This document shows, piece by piece, positions 19,091-29,979 of a stretch of 64,000 bases of DNA; the stretch's first letter is position 1; each line of letters starts with the position of its first letter. A program made the translations under genes and the position numbers. Source of the stretch: a virus; the IMG/VR virus record IMGVR_UViG_3300014838_000014, positions 32,001 through 96,000 of that record; one strand, 5' to 3'. The notes below the pieces were generated by a model that was given only the letters and a program-made list of their open reading frames with translations, was not told the origin of the DNA and searched no databases.

Positions 19091-20234
19091 GTTTTACGTT
19101 TACGTTGATTCAACAACTGAAGAAACACCAAGACCTTTTTACGTTGGAAAGGGCACCAAAGACAGGATTGATAATGAACAGCGAAACAAACGTCATGTAT
19201 TTGTTTCAAATAAACACGGCTTTTCAAGAAGCGTTGTTTTCACGACTGAAAATGAAATTGAGGCGCTTTCACACGAAGTGAAGTTGATTGCAGAACTTCA
19301 CACCTACGTCAAGGATCCATTATCATCGTCGATTTCAGCAAATTTTACGTATGGTGGCGAAGGCGTTATTGGTATAAATGAACGTTGGGTTGAACAGTAC
19401 AAAGACGGCGTTTTAGTCAAAAAATTTGCTAACTTTCATGAAGTTGCCGAACACTTTGGATTTACTAAGTCTGGCGTTGTTAGCAATGCATTCTCTGGTA
19501 GGTGCGTTTTTCCAGTCGTGATGCGAGAATTTACGTGGAACGTTGAACCATCGAGAAAACGTAAGTTGTCATCGACACATGGAAATTCAATGATTATTCT
19601 CGAATTAAATCCGCAAACAAATGAAGTAATAAAAGAATATGCGTCAATCACAGAAGTTGTAAAATCAAAGAAAATAATGTACTCATACTTGATGAACGCA
19701 ATTCGTTCGACCAATCCAAAAGCAATGGAGAAGTTGATCGCTAAAACGGGTAGCAAGTGGGCATTCAAGGATGAAAAACACAACGTAGGAAAAATTCATA
19801 ATTCGAACGTTCAATCACCATCAGGTCCTAAACCCGTGGTCGTTGTTTATTCAACTGGTATAAAACGTATATATCCTTCAACTGTCAGGGCAGCACAAGC
19901 GTTGGGCATTAATCCAAATGAGTTGCTAGCGATTCTTCACGGTGATAACATTCAACGATCTGATTTTACGTGTTCATTTCTGCACGAAAGCGATCATCGT
20001 AAGGACGTTGTTAGGTCGAAGGAATGGATCAATGCGCTTGCTGGCATAAATGGAATTCAAATCGTGAAATTGGATAAGTCTGGAAACGTCATAGAAAAAT
20101 TCAACTCAATTTCAGAGGCTGAACGTCGCGAAGGGTTTATGCATCATGAAATTTATAAACAATTGAGAATTGATAGCGTTTTGCATGCCAATGGGTTCAC
20201 CTACAAACGTGTTGAGGAGCAATCGAATGTCTAA
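19083..20234 (+). mobile_element. Free-standing GIY-YIG homing endonuclease with NUMOD1-like repeats, inserted in dnaE
   Basis: FYVY...PFYVGKG...R...E...N; repeated IKEYASI/IEKFNSISEA modules; AT-rich. Confidence 0.85.
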
Positions 20235-21852
20235 AATAACCTCAATCAATTCCGTCGCCACGTCGTTTGACGACATCAAATCGTGGTACGAAACGCACCT
20301 TGCACCAAACGTCATTGACTTTGATGATCAGAAACCCTACGAAGTCTACTCTGAGGGACGGTTTTGCGGTATATTCCAGTGCACAGGCCAAGGTGCCCAA
20401 CGATTGTTTAAAAAAGCAAAACCCAAGAGCATCGTTGACATTGCAGCGTTGACGTCGATATATCGACCGGGTCCTCTTGCGGCGCACGTCGACAAGCTTT
20501 GGCTTGAACACGAACAATCGCCGTACGATTGGGGTCATCCATTGATAAATGAAACGTTGAAAAATACTCGAGGATTATTGGTGTTTCAAGAATCTGTGAT
20601 GCACCTCGTCAACAAGGTTTCAGGGTTTCCGATGGCTGAGACCGATGAGGTTCGACGTGCCATCATGAAGCGTAGCATTTCTGGTGGTGAAGCTGCCAAA
20701 AAGAAAATGCAGGAACTTGAGGACAAGATTGTTGCCGGCGCAGTCAAGAACGGCGTTCCTGAGCCAACGGCACGTAAGATGTACGAAACGATATGCTTTA
20801 TGTCAGGTTATGGTTTCAATTGTGCGCACGCCGTTGCCTATAGCATCGATTCGTTTTGGTGTGCGTGGCTTTTAACGTATTATCCTGATGAGTGGGTCTG
20901 TTCATATCTCGAGTCCATGTCTACGACGCCCGATAAACGAGCAAAGGCATTCGGTGAGGTGAAGTCGTTGGGTTATCAGATCGTATCGATCGATGTCAAT
21001 TACGCAAAGAAGGGTTGGACAGTTCTTCCCGGCAAGAAGTTGATGCCATCAATGTCATCGTGCAAGGGCGTCGGTGAATCGGCCGTAGATGAGATCATCT
21101 CCATGCGTCCGATTGAATCGATCGAGCGGTTGCTGTGGAACGATGACGGATCATGGCGTCCAAGCAAATTCAATTCCAGAGCGCTCGGTACGTTGATCAA
21201 GGTCGGTGCGTTCGATAGCCTCGGTTGCGTGGGTCCTGATAGAGTGTTCAAGAACTACAAACACATGCATGAAACGCTTCTTGGTTCGTATGAGGAAACC
21301 ATCACACGCAGGCGAAAGGGCATCGAAGAGACGGTCGTCGTCTCTCGTGACCATTCTACTCTGCTCAAGCGATCGACAAAGAAGGATCCACATGAGGGTC
21401 GACGTAACTTCTTTGAGCTTGCCCGTGGTCTCGCTGAAACGTGTACGGAGGAATGGACGAACCGCGAAAAGGCAGAGCTATATGCAGAGGCGTTTGGAAC
21501 GGTTGACGTCATGATGATGTTCGATCAGACGTTGTTCGATAGGCTTGCTGAGAAGAACGTTCGATCTATCGAGGAGCTTGAGGTCGGTGAGAAGGACATC
21601 GTCTGGTTTGTCACCGTTGTTTGTGCGGCGAAGAAAGGCAAGGGCGTACCTTCAGCAGGAACCATGAAGAAGACCAAGAACGGTAAGTCGTACGCTCAAC
21701 CGTTCGTCACCGGTCCGTCAGGAAAACCGCTACGCCTCAACGTATGGAGCGCGAAGGAGCTATTGCCGACGTATAAGCTGTGTTTTGCTGAGGTTGACAG
21801 GAATGACTACGGTTTCTCAACGACACAGTGGCGAATCAAGGAGATCGCATAA
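20227..21852 (+). CDS. dnaE: DNA polymerase III alpha subunit, C-terminal fragment
   Basis: GIFQ, SIYRPGP, TRGLLVFQE, GYGFNCAHAVAY, KGVG, GAFDS; own GAGGAG RBS. Confidence 0.92.
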   Translation: MSKITSINSVATSFDDIKSWYETHLAPNVIDFDDQKPYEVYSEGRFCGIFQCTGQGAQRLFKKAKPKSIVDIAALTSIYRPGPLAAHVDKLWLEHEQSPYDWGHPLINETLKNTRGLLVFQESVMHLVNKVSGFPMAETDEVRRAIMKRSISGGEAAKKKMQELEDKIVAGAVKNGVPEPTARKMYETICFMSGYGFNCAHAVAYSIDSFWCAWLLTYYPDEWVCSYLESMSTTPDKRAKAFGEVKSLGYQIVSIDVNYAKKGWTVLPGKKLMPSMSSCKGVGESAVDEIISMRPIESIERLLWNDDGSWRPSKFNSRALGTLIKVGAFDSLGCVGPDRVFKNYKHMHETLLGSYEETITRRRKGIEETVVVSRDHSTLLKRSTKKDPHEGRRNFFELARGLAETCTEEWTNREKAELYAEAFGTVDVMMMFDQTLFDRLAEKNVRSIEELEVGEKDIVWFVTVVCAAKKGKGVPSAGTMKKTKNGKSYAQPFVTGPSGKPLRLNVWSAKELLPTYKLCFAEVDRNDYGFSTTQWRIKEIA

Positions 21853-21918
21853 CGCAGTGTAAACGTGTTGTGAGTCGTGGTACATTTTTGATTGTTGAGG
21901 AGGTACGTTGAAGTGTTT

Positions 21919-22230
21919 ATGACAAGTGAAACATTGTTTGACATTGAACCCGCAAACGATAGTGAGTGTACGAGGTTCGTTGTTTCTGCGTGTCCTACGT
22001 CAGTCACTTTCATGATTGATGATGGAAACTTCAGCGTTCGACGTATAAACGGTGAAACAAGCGTTTTGCTTTCAAAGAGCCTAACGTTGGAACAGGCACG
22101 TGAGCTCGGCAAAGAACTCACAGATTTCGTTCGTCGTTGTGAAAGTTGTCGAACGAACGTTGCACTGATAATGTCTTCGATTGGCACGAACTTTGAGAAA
22201 GATGATTGCGTTGTAAAGGGCGACCAATGA
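21919..22230 (+). CDS. Hypothetical protein
   Basis: ORF after GTGTAA-N18-TACATT promoter-like motif. Confidence 0.5.
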   Translation: MTSETLFDIEPANDSECTRFVVSACPTSVTFMIDDGNFSVRRINGETSVLLSKSLTLEQARELGKELTDFVRRCESCRTNVALIMSSIGTNFEKDDCVVKGDQ

Positions 22231-22429
22231 ACGTTCTCATGTTGAATTTTAATACTATCTTTATCGTGGAAGTTATTTGGTTTATTTCAACAGGAATAGA
22301 ACGTGAAATGTGTTATTGATGTATATTATCGTATTCTTGCGATCCTTGTCGTCAAGGTGGCTTTGCTTGTTGGTACGTACTTTATTTTCTATTGGTTGAT
22401 ACACGAACTTACATTTTAAAGGAGCGACG

Positions 22430-22627
22430 ATGCCAACGTATGAGTACGAGTGCAAACGATGCAATTGCACGTTCGAAGAGACACAGAGGATCACAGATCA
22501 GCCCATAAAACGCTGTCCAAGGTGCTCTGGTGTGGTATCAGGTGGCACAGGCGTGGTGTTCAAGGGCGGTGGGTGGGCAGCTGACCTCTACGCAAAGCCC
22601 GTGCAATCGAACGATGATTCTAAATGA
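22430..22627 (+). CDS. FmdB-family zinc-ribbon protein
   Basis: MPTYEYECKRC...FE...CPRC...FKGGGW. Confidence 0.85.
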   Translation: MPTYEYECKRCNCTFEETQRITDQPIKRCPRCSGVVSGGTGVVFKGGGWAADLYAKPVQSNDDSK

Positions 22628-23193
22628 ACAATCAACGCATTGTTATGTTGGTCGGACCTGACATGTGTGGTAAGACGAACATCGCCGCTCGTTTATCGTT
22701 GGCAACAGGAATCAGAACGTTCAAGGCATCGTCTGAACACAAGGCGTTCCTTGGAGATCAGAGGCAGTTCATCAACGATCTGCGTTACGCTGACCCACGC
22801 ATTCTCGACTTCATCAAGCAAACAGGAACGAGCGTGATCTTCGACCGCGCATACCCGTGTGAATGGGTGTATTCGAAGTTCTTCGGACGCGAGACTGATG
22901 AAGCAGTGCTACGCTACATCGACGATGGCTATGCTAGCATTGGTGTAAAAATCATCGTGTGTACGCGGCGATCGTTCGTTGGGATCAATGATGATTTAAA
23001 CTCGAACATCGATGAAAAGGCCCTCAACGAACTGTCTAGGTTGTACAAAGAATTTTTATGCACATGGACGCATTGCGCCGGAACAACGTTGTTTGTAGAT
23101 GAGCTCAACAACGACGTCCACCGTGAGGTTGATGAAATTATGCGCGTGATGGGTTACAATCGCGACGAACGTTGGGTGGTGTCTCATCTATGA
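22624..23193 (+). CDS. dNMP/thymidylate kinase-like P-loop protein
   Basis: GPDMCGKT, IFDRAYPCEWVY. Confidence 0.75.
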   Translation: MNNQRIVMLVGPDMCGKTNIAARLSLATGIRTFKASSEHKAFLGDQRQFINDLRYADPRILDFIKQTGTSVIFDRAYPCEWVYSKFFGRETDEAVLRYIDDGYASIGVKIIVCTRRSFVGINDDLNSNIDEKALNELSRLYKEFLCTWTHCAGTTLFVDELNNDVHREVDEIMRVMGYNRDERWVVSHL

Positions 23194-23477
23194 AGTGCAA
23201 AATACATACAACGTACGTCGGTAAACAAGAACCGACGAAGACGATTGCTCACCCAGACGGTTGTCCAACGTGTTGGGAAATATTTGATTCTCAATCGTTA
23301 TCGAATGCTTTATCGACGGTGAACATTGAATTGACGCTTGAGGAGGCTAGGTTGTTCACGGTGACGTTGTACAGCATCATCAACATGGGCTTCGATTCGT
23401 CACGACACCAACCAGCATTGAAGAAGTTGTTTGAGTTGTTACACAAAGCAGAACAAGGAAATGCATCAAATGGGTAA
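23190..23477 (+). CDS. Hypothetical protein
   Basis: ATGA-coupled ORF; CxxH...CxxC. Confidence 0.55.
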   Translation: MKCKIHTTYVGKQEPTKTIAHPDGCPTCWEIFDSQSLSNALSTVNIELTLEEARLFTVTLYSIINMGFDSSRHQPALKKLFELLHKAEQGNASNG

Positions 23478-24018
23478 TCCGCATAGCCTGGTCTGGTTGG
23501 ACATTGAAACGACCGGCCTCAATCCAAGCAAAGACTCGATTCTTGAGGTTGCAGCTGCCATAGCGCCGTTTGATGATCCATTCAACGTCACGTTCATTGT
23601 AGACAACGTCATTTGGTTTCATCCTGATCTGGTCAATCATCAGGATAAGTTCATCATTGACATGCATACGAAGAATGGGCTGTGGCGTGAGTGCGGTCAC
23701 AACCTTAACGCAAAGGACGTCGGTGAGGTAGAAAACGAACTTTTGAAGTTCATCACTATTCCACAAGATCATAATGAATTCACGCTCGCTGGATCATCGG
23801 TGCACTTTGATCATTCGTTCATCACCGCGTGGATGCCGAGGTTGACGAAGAGGTTGTCGCACCGTCACTATGATGTCAGCTCCATTGAACTGTTTGCACG
23901 GAGCCATGGTATGCTGCCCCCAGAGAAGGCAGGAGCACACCGTGCGATGCCTGATATCTTGGAATCAATCAAACGCGCAAAGGCGTGTCGTGATTGGTTG
24001 ATGGCGACTCTGCAATGA
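23470..24018 (+). CDS. orn: Oligoribonuclease (DEDDh)
   Basis: LVWLDIETTGL, MHTKNGL, LAGSSVHFD, YDVSS, HRAMPDI. Confidence 0.88.
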   Translation: MGNPHSLVWLDIETTGLNPSKDSILEVAAAIAPFDDPFNVTFIVDNVIWFHPDLVNHQDKFIIDMHTKNGLWRECGHNLNAKDVGEVENELLKFITIPQDHNEFTLAGSSVHFDHSFITAWMPRLTKRLSHRHYDVSSIELFARSHGMLPPEKAGAHRAMPDILESIKRAKACRDWLMATLQ

Positions 24019-24046
24019 AGTCACACGTTTGATTACGTTACTTACG

Positions 24047-25741
24047 TTACTTCTTCCTCTTCGTTCCCATCGCTAAGTTCTTCGGATCGTTGGGATCCCA
24101 CTCGTATTTTCCACCTATTGCACCGGCGCCTCCACCAAAACTAGTGAAGCCGTCTCCACCAAAAAACTCGTTGTTACCAAATCCTGACCCGCCGCCGCCC
24201 ATACCTGCAAACCTGTTCGTGCCGTGCGACGGCGACGACATGCCACGGACGGTTTTGATCGGTTGACGAGCGTTGTACTTGAAACCAATCTCGTTCTCAA
24301 GAGCGTTTCTGACCTTGTCGATGTCATGACGACCTGGGACAGTGATTCGAGGATCGTTCAACCTTTTGATGGTGATGTTTCTTGCTAAGGCTTGCAACTC
24401 AAGAAAAGAGTACTCGTACTCGTCGTTCGATAGCTTGAACTCAACGAATGCGTCGATGTTCTTGAACTCTGGTTCAGCCTGCATTTCGCCGATCGTTTCC
24501 TCTGCATCTGATTCAACGGTGTCCTTGTACGATGGCTTGACTTCCCACTTCTTCAATTTTGGACCCTTGTCAAGGTTACGCTCCGCAACGTCATCTGGAT
24601 CGGGCGTGTATACATACTTGACGCCAAGCTTTCTGTAACCAGGTCCACCTTCGTTTACGATCTCACTTAGCACAAGATCATTGATGTACTGCCTCACTTC
24701 TTCAACGGGATCCCACGTTTGAGTGTGTTCGCCTCCTGTCTTTTTGACGTTTGCCTTGCCGTTGTCGATCGAAACCTCGGCCTGTTCACCCGCCGCAAAC
24801 TTCGTATCATAATCTCCAGCATATGCTTGACCCTTCACTCGTGTGTGTACAGGCCATGAACCGATCGAGTTTGATCCTGGTTTCTTTCCTCTGATTCGAG
24901 GATATATTTTGTACGTTGTTTTCTTCCCGCTCTTGTTTGTTTGTGCTTTACTCGTAGCGCTCGATGTTGGAGCGTTTTTGTCGCTGCCGGAGCAAAGCGT
25001 CGCTCCATTTCGAATTGTCGTGTGTTCTATATACTTTCCATCTATAACAAGTATGTTTCGACCACACTTGTCGCAGTACATCATCGTTGTTTGATTTTGT
25101 CGTTTGCTTTTATCTCTTGGCGGAGAATTAAAAGTTTCAGCCCAACCACAGTGTAATTTATCGTAAATCAATCCATACGCATAACGTCTTGCCATTCTTT
25201 GCGTTTCAAATGATTTTTTTTCTTCCCTTATCAAATCTTTGTTGATAAAAGATCCTCCACGAATAAATACGTTTGCATCTTCAATGCGAATTTCAAAAAA
25301 TAAATCTTTTGCTCTATGGATGAAACTTCTTGGCCAGTTTCCGCCTCGTTCAGAATATTCAGAAACGTATTTTGCTCGTTCGTCCCAATAGTTATTCTTT
25401 GGCGGCGTTTGTGATGGTTGAGGTGCAGACGACGCGGGTCGTACGGGGTTTTCCTTTGGCACCTGTTTAACGTTCTGATCGTCGTAACCCTTGAACTCCG
25501 GTCCGTAGCGAAACTTGCTCGTCTTATCCAACAGACGATCCTTCGCAAGGTTTATGTCGACCATTTTGCCGTGCGCAGATGGATCGTCAACGTTACGATC
25601 GGGATGGTACTGTGTCGCCAACCTTCGCCATGCCTTCTTGATTTCTTCATCAGAGGCGTTAGGTGACACACCAAGAACGTCGTACGCATTCTTTATGGCT
25701 TCCTGTATCAAACGAGCGATGACGCGAGAACCGATCTTCAT
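24047..25741 (-). CDS. Mosaic J-domain protein (leader, J-domain, WGR-like, HTR.xGQAY domain, Gly-rich tail)
   Basis: NAYDVLGV...[17 protein letters not shown]; start refined to 25741 with CTATTTA 5 nt upstream. Confidence 0.8.
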   Translation of the reverse strand: MKIGSRVIARLIQEAIKNAYDVLGVSPNASDEEIKKAWRRLATQYHPDRNVDDPSAHGKMVDINLAKDRLLDKTSKFRYGPEFKGYDDQNVKQVPKENPVRPASSAPQPSQTPPKNNYWDERAKYVSEYSERGGNWPRSFIHRAKDLFFEIRIEDANVFIRGGSFINKDLIREEKKSFETQRMARRYAYGLIYDKLHCGWAETFNSPPRDKSKRQNQTTMMYCDKCGRNILVIDGKYIEHTTIRNGATLCSGSDKNAPTSSATSKAQTNKSGKKTTYKIYPRIRGKKPGSNSIGSWPVHTRVKGQAYAGDYDTKFAAGEQAEVSIDNGKANVKKTGGEHTQTWDPVEEVRQYINDLVLSEIVNEGGPGYRKLGVKYVYTPDPDDVAERNLDKGPKLKKWEVKPSYKDTVESDAEETIGEMQAEPEFKNIDAFVEFKLSNDEYEYSFLELQALARNITIKRLNDPRITVPGRHDIDKVRNALENEIGFKYNARQPIKTVRGMSSPSHGTNRFAGMGGGGSGFGNNEFFGGDGFTSFGGGAGAIGGKYEWDPNDPKNLAMGTKRKK

Positions 25742-25790
25742 TTCCCTAAATAGGTTGTAAATGAAACAGATCAAGTGTAAGATTGTGTGC

Positions 25791-27089
25791 ATGAAGCAAC
25801 GCCTGCTCGTTCAAACGCAGCTGTCGAACATCGTCAACGGAAAATTTGACTTAGGTGCAGACTCTGGATGGCAGATGATAATCAATCGTTGCCGTGAAAT
25901 GTTAAAGTTGAATGCTGACCTTTACATTGACGTTCTCGTGCCATATAATGATTATTATGACAGAGGTTTAGTGCAGTTGGTTACAAGCGTGTTCGATGTC
26001 AATCCTGATTTGTGGAAAAAGTATGGTGGCGAACGCAGATTGAACTACATCGAGCATAAAATTGTTCCGAATGCGTTAGCAACGCGTTATGATTTTTGTT
26101 GGGAAGAAGAAATATATGCTCTCGGGTTAGACGATAAGAACAACGAACGATATGACGCTGTTTACATCAATGATCCAATGCTTCTGAGACACTACAAGGC
26201 AATGTTTCACGTTGCTGGTGGTTATCAACCAAAGTTTTACGTACACTCGCACTTCGTTGACGTACCTGAGTGTCCGAAGTTCCCGCAGGAGGCTTCGTTG
26301 TGGTTGGGTCAGTGCGAGGCAGCGCTTCGAGCCGATTACAATTTCTGGCAGTGCGAATCTGCAATGAATCAATTCTTCGATTCGATGGGAAAGTGGTTCA
26401 CTCAGGACGTCGTTGACGATGTTCGTTCGAAGTCAATGCCGTCGGATGATGGCTATTCGATGGAAGAAATCACTCAACCCATCGATAAAAGTAAGCTGCG
26501 TTTCTCCGTTGATGATTGGAGGCTCAAGACGTGGGGAAAGATCGTTTTGTTCTTTCCAAATAGAATTTCGCATAGCTCTGGAGATTATACGAACGGCGTG
26601 AACTTCATGTTCAACATCCTTCCTGAGCTACGAAAACGTCGCGACGATTTTGTTGTCGTATGTGGTAATCCTAACCTGAAGTTCTCGAACGATCAGTTGC
26701 TCGAACAGTGTGGAAGGAACGGATACGTCAAGTTACACGATTTCACGTTGAACCGCGATGAGTACAAGTTTGTTGCTCAACACTCGAACATTTCGTTGGG
26801 CCTTTATAACAAGGATCCATACGGTGGAACGGCTAGCAGAGAGTGCATTGAGTCTGGATGTTATCCAATATGGTTGAATAACTTTGAATATGCTAGCATT
26901 GCCAACGAAGCAGGCGTTGGTGAATACGTTCTTGCAAAACCTGATTTAAGCGATATCGTTGACGTTCTCGACGAAAGGATCAATTCATACAACTTTGAAG
27001 TTGTCAAACGATTGCAGAAAGTCGTTCGTAAACGTTGTTCGTACGAGCAAACAGTACCTTCAATGATGAAAAGGATGGGCCTACTATGA
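25791..27089 (+). CDS. Putative (DNA) glycosyltransferase, GT-B type
   Basis: FFPNRIS...[13 protein letters not shown]; heads an operon with the epimerase and dCMP hydroxymethylase. Confidence 0.55.
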   Translation: MKQRLLVQTQLSNIVNGKFDLGADSGWQMIINRCREMLKLNADLYIDVLVPYNDYYDRGLVQLVTSVFDVNPDLWKKYGGERRLNYIEHKIVPNALATRYDFCWEEEIYALGLDDKNNERYDAVYINDPMLLRHYKAMFHVAGGYQPKFYVHSHFVDVPECPKFPQEASLWLGQCEAALRADYNFWQCESAMNQFFDSMGKWFTQDVVDDVRSKSMPSDDGYSMEEITQPIDKSKLRFSVDDWRLKTWGKIVLFFPNRISHSSGDYTNGVNFMFNILPELRKRRDDFVVVCGNPNLKFSNDQLLEQCGRNGYVKLHDFTLNRDEYKFVAQHSNISLGLYNKDPYGGTASRECIESGCYPIWLNNFEYASIANEAGVGEYVLAKPDLSDIVDVLDERINSYNFEVVKRLQKVVRKRCSYEQTVPSMMKRMGLL

Positions 27090-28054
27090 AAGTTGTGATA
27101 ACGGGTTGTGCAGGTTTCATCGGTAGCAACCTCGCCGTTCATTGTTTAAACTTGGGGTGGGATGTCGTTGGAATCGACGACATGAGCAACGGTCACCGTG
27201 AGTTCGTTGATGATCGCGTTGATCTGATTGAGAGGCAATTCGATAGTGGATTTAACGACGTTCTTAAATGGTCTGAACGACCAGACGTCGTTGTTCACCT
27301 GGCCGCTCTACCCAGAGTGAGTTATTCAGTGGAGAATCCTGCGAAGACGTTCGAGGTCAACGTTCTTAGGTCGATGTCGTTGATCAAGTCGTGCTGTGAT
27401 AATGGCATTCCGATCGTCTTTGCGAGCTCATCCAGCGTTTATGGTGGTGCTGATACGTTGCCAACCGTAGAATCCGATCAGAAGAAACCAAAGTCACCTT
27501 ATGCGCTTCACAAGTCAACCATTGAGGATTACTTGGAATTATATGGTAAATTGTACGGATTGAAATCAATATCTCTGCGATTTTTTAACGTGTTCGGTAA
27601 GAACCAATTGGGAAGTTCACCGTATTCGTGTGCCGTGTCTGCGTGGTTGACAGCGATTCATAGTGGTCAACCGATGCGTTCTGATGGCGACGGAAAACAG
27701 AGCCGTGACCTGTGTCACGTTGACAACGTTACCGATGCATGCGTTAGATCGATCAAGTGCTTGTCTCGCGATCCATCTCATACCCTTCTGGGGGCAAGAT
27801 ATAACGTTGCTTGTGGAAAATCAGTGACAAACAATGAGATCATAGATTACATGATGAAGAGGTATCCCGGTGCAACGAAGATAGATTCTCATTGGCGCGC
27901 CGGTGATGTAATGCATACGTTGGCCAGCATCGAAAGCGCGCGTTCTGGATTGGGTTATGTGCCCATGGTTGAGGTATGGACAGGAATTGAACGGACGTGT
28001 GATTGGTACGATGCTAATTGGGACGCGATCAAGAACATGAAGAAGGGACTATAA
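27086..28054 (+). CDS. NAD-dependent nucleotide-sugar epimerase/dehydratase
   Basis: TGCAGFIG, ASSSSVYG, SPYALHK, LRFFNVFG. Confidence 0.9.
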   Translation: MKVVITGCAGFIGSNLAVHCLNLGWDVVGIDDMSNGHREFVDDRVDLIERQFDSGFNDVLKWSERPDVVVHLAALPRVSYSVENPAKTFEVNVLRSMSLIKSCCDNGIPIVFASSSSVYGGADTLPTVESDQKKPKSPYALHKSTIEDYLELYGKLYGLKSISLRFFNVFGKNQLGSSPYSCAVSAWLTAIHSGQPMRSDGDGKQSRDLCHVDNVTDACVRSIKCLSRDPSHTLLGARYNVACGKSVTNNEIIDYMMKRYPGATKIDSHWRAGDVMHTLASIESARSGLGYVPMVEVWTGIERTCDWYDANWDAIKNMKKGL

Positions 28055-28815
28055 TGTACTATAAAAACGGCGTGTCAGACATCAGACGGGAGTTTTCGTA
28101 CCTTCTTAAGAATGGACATTTCACGAGCTTCGATCGCGAGGCTTCGATGACGAGCATCGTTGGTTCTAAGACGATCGAAATCATCGGCGCAGCGTTCATC
28201 GTTGATGACAGCGTGATCTTTGGAAAGGTCAACGATGACTATGTCGCTCGAGAACATGCATGGTACGTGTCAAAGTCATTGAGCGTTAATGATTTTCCTG
28301 GCGGCGCACCTGAGGTGTGGAAGGCGATTGCATCAAAAACGGATGCAATGGTGAACTCGAACTACGGTTACCTCGTGTACGGTGTGGAAAACAATTCTCA
28401 GCTTGAACATGCCATCGCTGAGTTGAAGAAGAACGAAGAGAGTCGTAGGGCGATTGTGATTTATACGCGTCCAACGATGTGGAATGATTACAACGTTGAT
28501 GGAAGAAGCGATTTTGTTTGTACGAATGCAGTGCAATACGTCATTCGCGATGGTTACGTTGATGCAATCGTGCAGATGAGATCAAACGATTCTCACATAG
28601 GTTATAAGAACGATTGCGCGTGGCAAAAAACGTGTCTACGCGAGGTTGCGAGCGCAGTCAATTATCCAGCTGGCAAAATTTACTGGCAGGTTGGTTCTTT
28701 GCACGTTTATGAAAGGGATTTCTACCTCGTTGATCATTATTCAAAGACGGGCGAAACGAGCATCACGAAGAAGCAATACAATGAATTGTACCCGAGCTCG
28801 TGTTACAATCGGTGA
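28054..28815 (+). CDS. dCMP hydroxymethylase-like (T4 gp42 family, thymidylate synthase fold)
   Basis: NSNYG, SRRAIVIYTRP, SDFVCTN.VQY.IRD, MRSND..GYKND.AWQ closely follow T4 gp42 as I recall it; the dCMP-specifying Asp is retained. Confidence 0.85.
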   Translation: MYYKNGVSDIRREFSYLLKNGHFTSFDREASMTSIVGSKTIEIIGAAFIVDDSVIFGKVNDDYVAREHAWYVSKSLSVNDFPGGAPEVWKAIASKTDAMVNSNYGYLVYGVENNSQLEHAIAELKKNEESRRAIVIYTRPTMWNDYNVDGRSDFVCTNAVQYVIRDGYVDAIVQMRSNDSHIGYKNDCAWQKTCLREVASAVNYPAGKIYWQVGSLHVYERDFYLVDHYSKTGETSITKKQYNELYPSSCYNR

Positions 28816-28831
28816 AGGAGAATCGGAACAC

Positions 28832-29395
28832 ATGACATGCATATGCGGTATCGTCAAGGGTGGAACGGTGTGGCTCGGTGGCGACAGCGCCGCAACTAAT
28901 GGAGGAAACCTAGATCGAACGATCATCAATGACCACAAGGTGTTCGTCAGGGAAAACGTTGCCTTCGGCGTTTGTGGATCGCCGAAGGTCATGGATGCAA
29001 TCGCTCACGTTCTTGAACTTCCCGTTCACCAACCCAACGTTAGCAACCGTGCGTACCTCGTCGGTGAATTAGCACCTGCGATGACGAACGTCTTGAAAAA
29101 GCTTGATTGCGTTGTTGTTGATCCATCGTACGGAACTTGTTTTAACGGTGCTATGTTGATCGGATACAATGGAGCTCTGTATCAGATGGAGGGTAATTTC
29201 CAACTCATTCAAGCCGCTCGAGGTTACGATTCCGTCGGTTCTGGATCACCTGCTGCCCTAGGATCGCTTCGATCAACGCGTGGTTGGAGCAATCCACGCA
29301 AGCGAATCCTCGAGGCACTGAAGGTCTCCTCTGAGGAGAACGCTGGCGTTGCGCCTCCGTTCAATGTTGTCCACGTGAAGAGCATCACGTCGTGA
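28832..29395 (+). CDS. HslV/proteasome-beta-like Ntn peptidase, paralog A
   Basis: MTCI..GGDS, KVF, GSGS..ALGSL. Confidence 0.75.
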   Translation: MTCICGIVKGGTVWLGGDSAATNGGNLDRTIINDHKVFVRENVAFGVCGSPKVMDAIAHVLELPVHQPNVSNRAYLVGELAPAMTNVLKKLDCVVVDPSYGTCFNGAMLIGYNGALYQMEGNFQLIQAARGYDSVGSGSPAALGSLRSTRGWSNPRKRILEALKVSSEENAGVAPPFNVVHVKSITS

Positions 29396-29979
29396 CATGC
29401 ATCGTTGGAGTCGTTGATGGTGACCATGTATTGATCGGTGGCGATTCGTTAGAAAGCGATGCATATGCCAGCGCAGAAGGCGATTCGTACGTGCTTCAAC
29501 GCAACGATGAAAAGGTGTTCGTGCTCGGTGAGTTCGTCGTTGGGTTTTGTGGTAGCTATCGCGTTGGTCAATTGATTCGTTATTCGTTCAAACCAAATTC
29601 ACCGAAGGCGAACGATGATAACATAATGTCATACATGGTGAATGAATTCATCAATGTGTTACGAACAACGATGGAACAACACGGAACGTTGAAAACTGTT
29701 GAAGGAGAGGAATCGTTCGATGCTCAACTTCTCGTTGGATGGCAAAATAGGTTGTTTGTGATCGGTGATGATTTTAACGTTGGAATCATGAAGGATGAAT
29801 GGTGTGCAATCGGTTCTGGATCCCAATTCGCATTGGGATCGTTGCACACGACGAGCGAATTAGAAGATCAGATTTCGACCGATGAAAGGATCAAACACGC
29901 CCTTAGAGCAGCATCGATGTACAGTCCATGGTGTAAGGGACCATACACGTTGGTGAGGACGCCAATCAACAATGAGTAA
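29392..29979 (+). CDS. HslV/proteasome-beta-like Ntn peptidase, paralog B
   Basis: MTCIVG..GGDS, KVF, AIGSGSQFALGSL. Confidence 0.75.
   Translation: MTCIVGVVDGDHVLIGGDSLESDAYASAEGDSYVLQRNDEKVFVLGEFVVGFCGSYRVGQLIRYSFKPNSPKANDDNIMSYMVNEFINVLRTTMEQHGTLKTVEGEESFDAQLLVGWQNRLFVIGDDFNVGIMKDEWCAIGSGSQFALGSLHTTSELEDQISTDERIKHALRAASMYSPWCKGPYTLVRTPINNE

Noticed and set aside
18941-20260. Group I intron or functional split intein in dnaE
   Set aside because: The ORFs overlap with no room for obvious intron core elements, DnaE-C has its own RBS, and intein catalytic residues are absent. Not fully excluded without RT-PCR or a covariance-model search.
28054-28815. Ordinary thymidylate synthase ThyA
   Set aside because: Motifs follow T4 gp42, with Asp rather than Asn at the specificity position.
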